The notes under the pieces are model-generated. The model saw only the letters and a program-made list of their open reading frames with translations. It searched no databases and was not told the DNA's origin. The position numbers were made by a program, and so were the translations under genes. Positions 19,386-27,685 of a DNA stretch of 64,000 nucleotides are shown piece after piece; the first letter of the stretch is position 1, and every line of letters begins with the position of its first letter. The DNA comes from Rikenellaceae bacterium DTU001 (GTDB lineage Bacteria; Bacteroidota; Bacteroidia; Bacteroidales; DTU049), in NCBI GenBank assembly GCA_001512885.1, contig LFSZ01000043.1, positions 2,314 to 66,313 of the forward strand. The letters are read 5' to 3'.

Positions 19386-20563
19386 TGAATAGTATTGATA
19401 GATGAAACATTTATGCTGTCAGCAGTAAAAGCTTTATCTCTTATAATACCATTAGCATCTATCAAATAATACATAGGCAATTGCTCTACAGCATACAATT
19501 TAGCAACAGGACTACGTGTGCTACTAAGATCATAACAAATAGTCCAATTTATTCCCTCTCCATCAATTGCACGTGCGATGGTCTCCATATCATAATCAAG
19601 AAAGATAGTAATTAATTTAATTTTATATTTTGAGAGTTTTGGTAAAAGTTTTTTTAGCTTAGACATATCTTTTACACTTGATAGAGAAGCACCAGCAAAA
19701 AAATGAAGTAATAAAGACTTGCCACGTTCTAATGACAAAACAAACTCAGAATCAGACTGCCATAAAGGCAGTGCAAAATCTGGAGCTGGCTTACCAATAG
19801 CTAATCTACTTAAAATACTATCACGCTCTGCTATTTTGGTTTTTATTTTATTGATCCTCATCTTTAGATTTATTACGTGTTCATTGTCAGAATAATTTTT
19901 TTCTAAATTACTTAATACCCATTGATAAATTTCTAAGTCGTGATATTCGTCGAATAGAGGTTGATTAATAAAAAATTGATAAATAATAAAAATATTTGCA
20001 AAATCTTCTGGATTTTTGTTTATCAGAGCTAGAGCAGAATCTCTCTGATTTTTAAATATTTCTAAAGCTTTTCTATCTAAGCTATCTTTTATATTTAAAT
20101 TATCATTATCATATTTATGATTTTCCCAGTAGATGGAGAGCATGTGCAATTTTTCGAGATTTTTACGTGTAAAAGATCTATATTTATGTATAATTTCACT
20201 AGAAGGAGAACCAAATACTGAATATGTAGCATCTAATTGATAATAATCACCACTGATGTAGATATCTTCTTTTGGATGAGCTGCTAATATTATAAAATTA
20301 GTATCATTGCTGTATGCTTTAATAAATTGTGGTTGAGCTATAGCAAGCTTGATTTTAAAGAAACCCTCCTCATTGAGAGTGCAGCTATCTAATAATTCTA
20401 TTTCTTTAGGATGTACAGTAGCGAAATACAACGGCTTGCCTCCACCACCGATGAGTCTACCAGAGATGCTTACATGACCTTGTGGTACATTCTTTTTGCA
20501 GCAAACTATAATTGATAAAATAAAAAATATTACTAAAATTAAGTATGCTTTAATTTTTTTCAT
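19382..20563 (-). CDS. TlpA/AhpC-TSA family lipoprotein lacking the CxxC active site
   Basis: Lipoprotein-like N-terminus; 'GKPAPDF.LP', 'LLHFFAGASLSS' where WCxxC is expected, 'YLIDANGII'. Confidence 0.75.
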   Translation of the reverse strand: MKKIKAYLILVIFFILSIIVCCKKNVPQGHVSISGRLIGGGGKPLYFATVHPKEIELLDSCTLNEEGFFKIKLAIAQPQFIKAYSNDTNFIILAAHPKEDIYISGDYYQLDATYSVFGSPSSEIIHKYRSFTRKNLEKLHMLSIYWENHKYDNDNLNIKDSLDRKALEIFKNQRDSALALINKNPEDFANIFIIYQFFINQPLFDEYHDLEIYQWVLSNLEKNYSDNEHVINLKMRINKIKTKIAERDSILSRLAIGKPAPDFALPLWQSDSEFVLSLERGKSLLLHFFAGASLSSVKDMSKLKKLLPKLSKYKIKLITIFLDYDMETIARAIDGEGINWTICYDLSSTRSPVAKLYAVEQLPMYYLIDANGIIRDKAFTADSINVSSINTIQ

Positions 20564-20581
20564 TTTTTATCTAAAATATTT

Positions 20582-21055
20582 TTATAATTCAAACTGAAAA
20601 GGCAACAACACATCAATAGAAGGCAAAATAATACCACTATTAGTGGGACTGAGTAAAATCACTCTTAGAGGTTTTTTTTGAGCAGATTGTATCTCAGCCA
20701 TCACTTGCCTACAAGCTCCACAAGGGGTTACAATGTCTTTATAGGTATTATCTTCATTATTAGCATAGATGGCTATAGTTACTATTACTTCATTAGGATA
20801 CCGACTATGAGCATAGAAAAGTGTCACTCGTTCAGCACATAATCCTGACGGATAAGCTGCATTTTCTTGATTATTTCCCTGAATAATAATATCATTTGAT
20901 AATCTGACAGCTGCCCCTACATGAAATTTGCTATAAGGAGCATATGCACGAGTAGAAGCATCTATCGCATTTTTTACTAATTCTTTATCTTTTTTATCTA
21001 ACTCTTCTAAATTATCAAATATATAATATTCTAATCCTAAATATTCTTTTTTCAT
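20582..21055 (-). CDS. cdd: Cytidine deaminase
   Basis: YAPYSKFHVGAA, NQENAAYPSGLCAER, PCGACRQ. Confidence 0.95.
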   Translation of the reverse strand: MKKEYLGLEYYIFDNLEELDKKDKELVKNAIDASTRAYAPYSKFHVGAAVRLSNDIIIQGNNQENAAYPSGLCAERVTLFYAHSRYPNEVIVTIAIYANNEDNTYKDIVTPCGACRQVMAEIQSAQKKPLRVILLSPTNSGIILPSIDVLLPFQFEL

Positions 21056-21141
21056 TTTAACTTTTAATTGATAAGTACAAAGATACGATAAAAAATTTTA
21101 TTACCTAAACACAATTAATACACACCCTATTTTATAAAAAA

Positions 21142-22104
21142 TCAAAAATTAAAATTTTCCAAAAATTTTTGTGCATCAATGGCAGCCATTGCTCCAGAAC
21201 CGGCAGCTATAACAGCTTGCTTATAAATAGGATCTCTCACATCACCACAAGCAAAGATTCCTTCTACACTCGTTTTAGTACTTCCAGGAATAGTTTTTAT
21301 ATATTTATCATTTGTTAATTCCAATTGTCCTTCAAATAATTCTGTATTAGGATGATGACCTATAGCAATGAAAACACCATCTACATTAATAGTTTTCAAT
21401 TCGTTGGTTTTTACATTTTTCAAAACTATAGCATTGACATTTTTAGTAAAACCTTTGGTTTCACCTTTTATTTCCTCCACCACACTATCCCAGATAACCT
21501 CAATATTTGGTGTATTAAAAATCTTTTTTTGATTACAAGTGCATGCTCTCAATTGATCACGTCTGTGTATAATATATACTTTAGAAGCTAGATTAGCCAG
21601 ATAAATAGCTTCTATAGCAGCTGTATCACCACCACCTACTACAGCTACTACTTTTCCTTTATAAAAATAACCATCACAAGTAGCACAAGTAGAAACTCCA
21701 TAACCTAGATATTCTTTTTCGGAAGGAAGGCCAAGAAGTCGTGGCGAAGATCCAGTAGCGATGATTACAGATAAGGCAGAAATAGCTATATCATTGTCAT
21801 CCCATAAAAGAAAAGGATATTGCAAAAAATCAACTTTTTCTATTGATGAAAAACGCAAATCTGCACCAAATTTAATAGCCTGTTTTTTTATTTTTTCCAT
21901 AAGTTCCATACCTTGTATCCCATCAGGAAAACCAGGATAATTTTCTATTAATGTAGCATTTATTAACTGACCCCCACTGATTAATCCTTCATATAATAAT
22001 GGATGTAAATCTGCTCTAGCAGCATAAATACCTGATGTGAGCCCGGCAGGACCTGAGCCAATAATAACTAAGTTTCTTTTTTCTTCTCCTGTTATATTTG
22101 ACAT
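21142..22104 (-). CDS. trxB: Thioredoxin-disulfide reductase
   Basis: GSGPAG, CATCDG, GGGDTA, HRR, GDV. Confidence 0.95.
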   Translation of the reverse strand: MSNITGEEKRNLVIIGSGPAGLTSGIYAARADLHPLLYEGLISGGQLINATLIENYPGFPDGIQGMELMEKIKKQAIKFGADLRFSSIEKVDFLQYPFLLWDDNDIAISALSVIIATGSSPRLLGLPSEKEYLGYGVSTCATCDGYFYKGKVVAVVGGGDTAAIEAIYLANLASKVYIIHRRDQLRACTCNQKKIFNTPNIEVIWDSVVEEIKGETKGFTKNVNAIVLKNVKTNELKTINVDGVFIAIGHHPNTELFEGQLELTNDKYIKTIPGSTKTSVEGIFACGDVRDPIYKQAVIAAGSGAMAAIDAQKFLENFNF

Positions 22105-22301
22105 TTATAATATTTTTTTGTAAAATTACTAAAAGAAAATAAGTTTAAAAAACAACGAGAAAGATTAAAATAGGTATCACTTGCTCGTTATTAGTAGACT
22201 ATTCAATTTTTTATATAAATGATTGAAAATATATAAATCTGTTATTGGCAAAAATATCATTATCTCAAATTTTTATATATTTGCACAATAAATAATATAT
22301 T

Positions 22302-23156
22302 ATGAGATTTAGAGGCATTCATGCCATATTAATATTAGCTCTAAGCCTTGTATTGTTACTATTAGGAATAGCAGGTATTATCTATTTGCATGGTACAGCA
22401 CTAGAGAATAAATTAAAAGAAAATTTCACTATACAAATAATGCTAAAACCTACTGCTAGTGAGGTAGAGATCTCATTACTAAAACACAATTTAGAAGCTA
22501 CAGGCAAATTTTCTGCTATTAATTACATCCCATCAATGAAAATGCTCGAAGAACTTCAAGCTGAGTTAGGTGATATATCTGCAGATAAATTAGAATTAGA
22601 AAATATTCCTTTGCCATCTCTCTTAGAGGCTACTATATCCGCTGATTATTTAAATGATGAAGTAATAAAAAATCTAGTAACTCAGATAAAACAAAAAGAT
22701 ATTGTAGACGAAGTGTATTATCCTACTAATGTGCTAACTGAAATAGAAAAAAATAAAAATACCCTCAGTACCATAACACTTGTAGTAGCTATTATTATTT
22801 TAGCAATCGCAGTTACATTGCTAAGCTTGACTATACGCTTGACAATATATAGCCAAAGATTTACCATCAGAACAATGCTACTTGTAGGAGCTAAGAAAGG
22901 ATTTATTCAAAAACCTTTCTTAAAAGATGCCCTATTCTGGGGTGTATTAGCATCTATATTAGCTATTCTAGGATTAGAAGTAATAATAAATCAACTCTAT
23001 AAACTTATTCCTGAACTTAATGGAGTTGTTACTCAACAACATTTTATATTTCTTTTTATATTTATATTTATAATAGGTGTAGTGATAACTGAATTATCAA
23101 CTCTCTTTTCTGTAAATAAATATATAAAAATGAAAACAGATTCATTGTTTTATTAA
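22302..23156 (+). CDS. ftsX: Cell division permease FtsX
   Basis: Four-TM FtsX layout; 'TIRLTIYSQRFTIRTMLLVGA..FIQKPF'. Confidence 0.85.
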   Translation: MRFRGIHAILILALSLVLLLLGIAGIIYLHGTALENKLKENFTIQIMLKPTASEVEISLLKHNLEATGKFSAINYIPSMKMLEELQAELGDISADKLELENIPLPSLLEATISADYLNDEVIKNLVTQIKQKDIVDEVYYPTNVLTEIEKNKNTLSTITLVVAIIILAIAVTLLSLTIRLTIYSQRFTIRTMLLVGAKKGFIQKPFLKDALFWGVLASILAILGLEVIINQLYKLIPELNGVVTQQHFIFLFIFIFIIGVVITELSTLFSVNKYIKMKTDSLFY

Positions 23157-23186
23157 TTAAAATTTTTATTTTTTCTAATTCTTGTT

Positions 23187-23194
23187 TAACTTTG
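23187..23194 (+). promoter_or_regulatory. Bacteroidota -7 promoter element of ackA
   Basis: TAACTTTG, only 7 nt before the ATG at 23202. Confidence 0.6.
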
Positions 23195-23201
23195 CAAAAA
23201 A

Positions 23202-24419
23202 ATGAAAATTTTAGTTCTTAATTGTGGTAGTTCTAGCATTAAATATCAATTGTTTGATATGCTAGCAGATGAAACTGTACTAGCTAAAGGGTTACTAGAA
23301 AGGATAGGTTTGCCAATGGGCATTGTAAATCATACTCCTATAGGAAAAGAAAAAATAATATATGAGCAGCCTATACCAAATCATACAGCAGGTATAGAAA
23401 TAATTATAAAAATATTGATAGATAAAGAACTAGGTGTTATAAAATCTCTTAATGAGATAGCTGCTGCAGGTCATAGGGTAGCTCATGGAGGCGAACATTT
23501 TAAAAATAGCGTACTCATAAATAATGAAACAAAATCAGAAATAAGTAAATGCATACAATTAGCTCCTTTACACAATCCAGCAAATCTTAAAGGTATTTTA
23601 GCTGTCGAACAATTAATTCCAGGATTACCCCAAGTAGCAGTTTTTGATACATCTTTTCATCAATCTATTCCAGATTATGCTTATATTTATGGAATACCCT
23701 ATGAATATTATGAAAAGATGGAAATTCGTCGTTATGGCTTCCATGGTACTAGTCATAAATATGTATCTGATAAATCAGCTAAATTGATTGGTAAAAATAT
23801 TGATGATTTAAAGATAATCTCATGCCATTTAGGTAATGGTGCTTCTATAACTGCTATAGAAAATGGTAAATCAATTGATAATAGTATGGGGTTTACACCT
23901 GTAGAAGGCTTGATAATGGGAACTCGTTGCGGAGACTTGGATGTAGGAGCCTTACTTTATATTATGGAAAAAGAAAATATAGATACTAAACAAGCTAATG
24001 ATTTGATAAATAAAAAAAGTGGGGTTTTTGGTATCTCTGGTCTTAGTCCCGATATGCGTGATATAGAATCTGCAGCTAAAAATGGTAATAAACGAGCTCA
24101 ATTAGCTTTGGATGTATATGCATATCGCGTAAAAAAATATATTGGTGCTTATGCAGCAGCTATGAATGGGCTAGATTTGCTCATCTTCACTGGTGGCATA
24201 GGTGAAAATAGTAGCTTTATGAGAGAAAAAATAGCTTCTGATTTGGAATTTCTTGGTATTAAATTAGATTCTAATTTGAATAATTCTGCAAAAGGTAAAG
24301 ATGCTCTGATATCTACTACAGACTCTAATGCTTATATTGTAGTAGCAACTACAAATGAAGAACTTGTCATTGCACGTGATACTATGTGTATAGTGAATGA
24401 TAATCTTTCAAAAAATTAA
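23202..24419 (+). CDS. ackA: Acetate kinase
   Basis: LNCGSSSIK, GHRVAHGG, APLHNP, YGFHGTSH, HLGNGAS, TGGIGEN, TNEE. Confidence 0.97.
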   Translation: MKILVLNCGSSSIKYQLFDMLADETVLAKGLLERIGLPMGIVNHTPIGKEKIIYEQPIPNHTAGIEIIIKILIDKELGVIKSLNEIAAAGHRVAHGGEHFKNSVLINNETKSEISKCIQLAPLHNPANLKGILAVEQLIPGLPQVAVFDTSFHQSIPDYAYIYGIPYEYYEKMEIRRYGFHGTSHKYVSDKSAKLIGKNIDDLKIISCHLGNGASITAIENGKSIDNSMGFTPVEGLIMGTRCGDLDVGALLYIMEKENIDTKQANDLINKKSGVFGISGLSPDMRDIESAAKNGNKRAQLALDVYAYRVKKYIGAYAAAMNGLDLLIFTGGIGENSSFMREKIASDLEFLGIKLDSNLNNSAKGKDALISTTDSNAYIVVATTNEELVIARDTMCIVNDNLSKN

Positions 24420-24471
24420 ATAAATAATAAAATTCATTAATCGCTATTTGTAGCTTTAGATTTTTTATAAA

Positions 24472-25224
24472 ATGAGATATTTACTTGAATTATCATTTGT
24501 AGGTACTAATTACTTTGGTTGGCAAAAGCAAAAAAATCTACCTACTATTCAAGGTGAATTAGATAAAGCACTTACAATATTTTTTCGTCAAGATCTTACT
24601 ACTATTGGTTGTGGCAGAACTGATACAGGCGTACATGCTATAAATTTTTTTGCTCATTTTGACATAAATATTAATATAGAAAATCCTAATAGGATATTAT
24701 ATAATCTAAATGCTATTTTACCAACTGAGATTGCTATTAAAAATATAAATAGTGTGCAAGATGATTTTCATGCTAGATATTCGGCTATTAGTCGTACATA
24801 TCATTATTTGATTATTAAAAATAAAAATCCTTTTTTTATTAATAGAGCCTGGCAAATGTCTAAACCTTTGAATATAGATAATATAAAAAAATTATTACCA
24901 TCTCTAATCGGTATCAAAGATTTCAGTGCTTTTGCTAAAAAAATGCCTATATCAAATTATAATTGCAATATCCACGAAATAATTGTGAAAGAACATAAAG
25001 ATTTTATAATTTTTTCAATTACAGCTAATAGATTTCTTAGACAGATGGTAAGAAGCATTGTCGGGGTATTGACCTCAATAGGTTTAGGTGATATAGATGA
25101 AAAAACATTTAATGATTTACTGATTAAAAAAGATAAAAACAAGATTAAATTAATTGCTCCACCACAAGGTTTATATTTGACACATGTCTGTTATCCTGAA
25201 AATCTTACTCACATAGTTAAGTAA
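24472..25224 (+). CDS. truA: tRNA pseudouridine(38-40) synthase
   Basis: GWQKQ, GRTDTGVHA, FHARYSA, FLRQMVR, APPQGLYL. Confidence 0.95.
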   Translation: MRYLLELSFVGTNYFGWQKQKNLPTIQGELDKALTIFFRQDLTTIGCGRTDTGVHAINFFAHFDININIENPNRILYNLNAILPTEIAIKNINSVQDDFHARYSAISRTYHYLIIKNKNPFFINRAWQMSKPLNIDNIKKLLPSLIGIKDFSAFAKKMPISNYNCNIHEIIVKEHKDFIIFSITANRFLRQMVRSIVGVLTSIGLGDIDEKTFNDLLIKKDKNKIKLIAPPQGLYLTHVCYPENLTHIVK

Positions 25225-25273
25225 TAAAAAAATGAATGGTTTGAAATTCTTTATATAATTTTGAAATAAAAAA

Positions 25274-26377
25274 ATGGGGAAAAATATAAAACTTCTTATT
25301 ATACTATTGACAGCGCTGCCGTCAATAGTATTAAGTCAACAAAAAATAGAAATATTTGGTAAATTTATTTCTCCAACTCAATATTCTGAAATCACCTTAT
25401 CAAATTATCTAAATCCTGCAGCACTCACCATAAAAGTGCCTATTATCAACTCAGATTCGTTTTATATATCATTAGAGCAGACATCTGCAGAAGAGATTTA
25501 TAAATTGTATTTCGACATTAGAACAAATTTTTTGGCCTTAGTTTTAAAACCTGGCGAGAAAGTACATTTATTACTAAACCCATATCAATTAGGAAATAAA
25601 CCAATAATAAAAGGTTCTCCTTCGAGTATTATGGTTTACGAAGTAGAATGGATACTTGCTAATCTGCCAAAACAATTAGATAGCTTACAAAGGCTTTATA
25701 TTCAAACAAAATCAATAGATACAAAAGCAATAATAGAACAGGAATTTATCAATTTGCATAATGTCAAAAATACTTACATAAATAATATAGTTAGAAGCAA
25801 TCCAAGTAGTTTAGCAAATTTATTTTTTATTGAACGATTAAATATAGATGATGGCTATGCTGAAACATATAAAATTGTAGACAGTGCTTTGCTACATAAT
25901 TATCCCCATCACCCTGGTGTTTTAAATTTTCATAATAAAACCCAAGCATTACTTAGGACAAGTATAGGCTCTAAAGCACCAAATATTAAATTACCATCTC
26001 CCAATGGAGATACATTAGAATTATATTCTATAAAAGGGAAATTAATTTTAGTAGACTTTTGGGCTAGCTGGTGTGGCCCATGTAGAAAAGAAAATCCTTT
26101 AGTAGTAAAGGCATATCAAACTTTTCATCCTAAAGGGTTTGAAGTTTTTGCCATTTCCTTAGATAAAGATAAACAATCGTGGATCAATGCCATTAATACA
26201 GACAAACTCACATGGCATCACGTAAGTGATCTAAAATATTGGAATTCAGAAGCAGCAAAACTTTATGGAGTAAGTGTGGTGCCTTACAATTTTTTATTAG
26301 ACGAAAATTATAACATCATTGCAAAAAATCTTAGAGGCCAACAGCTTTATAATTTTTTAAATCATTATTTTAAATAA
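25274..26377 (+). CDS. TlpA-family thiol-disulfide oxidoreductase
   Basis: Signal peptide; 'LVDFWASWCGPCRKENP', 'AKNLRG'. Confidence 0.9.
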   Translation: MGKNIKLLIILLTALPSIVLSQQKIEIFGKFISPTQYSEITLSNYLNPAALTIKVPIINSDSFYISLEQTSAEEIYKLYFDIRTNFLALVLKPGEKVHLLLNPYQLGNKPIIKGSPSSIMVYEVEWILANLPKQLDSLQRLYIQTKSIDTKAIIEQEFINLHNVKNTYINNIVRSNPSSLANLFFIERLNIDDGYAETYKIVDSALLHNYPHHPGVLNFHNKTQALLRTSIGSKAPNIKLPSPNGDTLELYSIKGKLILVDFWASWCGPCRKENPLVVKAYQTFHPKGFEVFAISLDKDKQSWINAINTDKLTWHHVSDLKYWNSEAAKLYGVSVVPYNFLLDENYNIIAKNLRGQQLYNFLNHYFK

Positions 26378-26524
26378 AATTTTTTGATTTAGGCTTTTTT
26401 TTTAAAAACAATTATATATAAAAATCAATAACAAATAAATTCTAAAATACAAATCATAAATCTTTTTTTCTTCAGTTTTACTTGTATTTTTTGTATAATT
26501 AATTTCAGAAAATACTGAAATTAA

Positions 26525-27685
26525 TTATTTTTTAGATTTTTTAATAGCATTCCAAAATATATGAGGAATTTTATTTTGTAATGCAGCTAAATAATCTTCA
26601 TACAAGCAGGGGATGAGAGTATGCCGTTGAATTTGCGAAGTGTTGTAAATAGGTAGTTCTATCCACCAACGATCTGAACGAGGACTTCTATAAAATATCA
26701 ATTCCTTTACAGCCGAATCCATAATAACAGTATATTTTATCATTTGAGTTTTAGCAGTAAAAGGATAATCTTTTACCCTAAGCGAAACGCCTTCTACGAT
26801 ATACCATATAGTTTGCGCTAAAAGTTGAATGGTCTGATCTTGCAAATCTTTATCAGGATAATAATTATAAAAAGTAAAAACAGATGATTTGTCAGACATA
26901 CCAGCATAAAAAGCTAATTGGCAAAGTTCTTCTGCATATAATCCATTTGGTAGAGTGAGCATAGTGGCTGGGGCTTCAGCTTTTTTCATAGCATTCAAAT
27001 CGAAGCATACGATATCCGAATTTCTAATATATGGTTCTGTAGCTTTAATATTTTCGCGTATGTCACCGAGCCTGAGTGTATCATAAAAATTATTTTCTAC
27101 CCATTCTAGTGCTTCATTATCAGTCAGATAACTCTGATAGCCTATGAAAGTAGCATTATTTAGTAGATTGTTATCTTTAAATATTTCATTATGCCACGGC
27201 AAAAGATCTTTAGATTGTTCCCACAGATTGTCTGCATTCACATCTATAAAAGGCAAAATAAAAGCCAAATTATAAAATCTTTTTATTAACTCATAAGCTT
27301 TATGAATGGCTAATACTACAGATCTATCATCACTCAATATTATAGGCAAAGCACCTTTTAATAATAAATCAGATAATACATAAGCCAAACCATTAATATT
27401 TTCGAAAGCATCTGTATTGTTTATAAATGTTCCTAGATCTATTATTTGAACATTGTCTATTTTTCTATACGAATAAAGGTAAGATCTAAGCTTATATAAG
27501 CTATTAATAAAGTTTTTTTTCCCAGTATTTATTGAGAAATTAATAATTGCTAAAGAATTAATATCAGACATAGACTTATCATCTAGTTTATCTATAGTGA
27601 TAACATTAGAATATAAATGTGATTTATGATTATTAAAACTAAAATCATAAAAGCAAGGTTCGAAAAGATATTGAAGCTCTTTCAT
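26525..27685 (-). CDS. Arginase/formimidoylglutamase-like protein with degenerate metal ligands
   Basis: 'IIDLG', 'IGYQSY', 'RLGDIR', 'PNGLYAEELCQLAFYAGMS', 'RWW'; overlaps the topA stop codon. Confidence 0.75.
   Translation of the reverse strand: MKELQYLFEPCFYDFSFNNHKSHLYSNVITIDKLDDKSMSDINSLAIINFSINTGKKNFINSLYKLRSYLYSYRKIDNVQIIDLGTFINNTDAFENINGLAYVLSDLLLKGALPIILSDDRSVVLAIHKAYELIKRFYNLAFILPFIDVNADNLWEQSKDLLPWHNEIFKDNNLLNNATFIGYQSYLTDNEALEWVENNFYDTLRLGDIRENIKATEPYIRNSDIVCFDLNAMKKAEAPATMLTLPNGLYAEELCQLAFYAGMSDKSSVFTFYNYYPDKDLQDQTIQLLAQTIWYIVEGVSLRVKDYPFTAKTQMIKYTVIMDSAVKELIFYRSPRSDRWWIELPIYNTSQIQRHTLIPCLYEDYLAALQNKIPHIFWNAIKKSKK

Noticed and set aside
23182..23199. Possible Rex box before ackA (TTGTTTAACTTTGCAAAA)
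   Set aside because: The right half-site is poor and the match is explained by the -7 promoter element.
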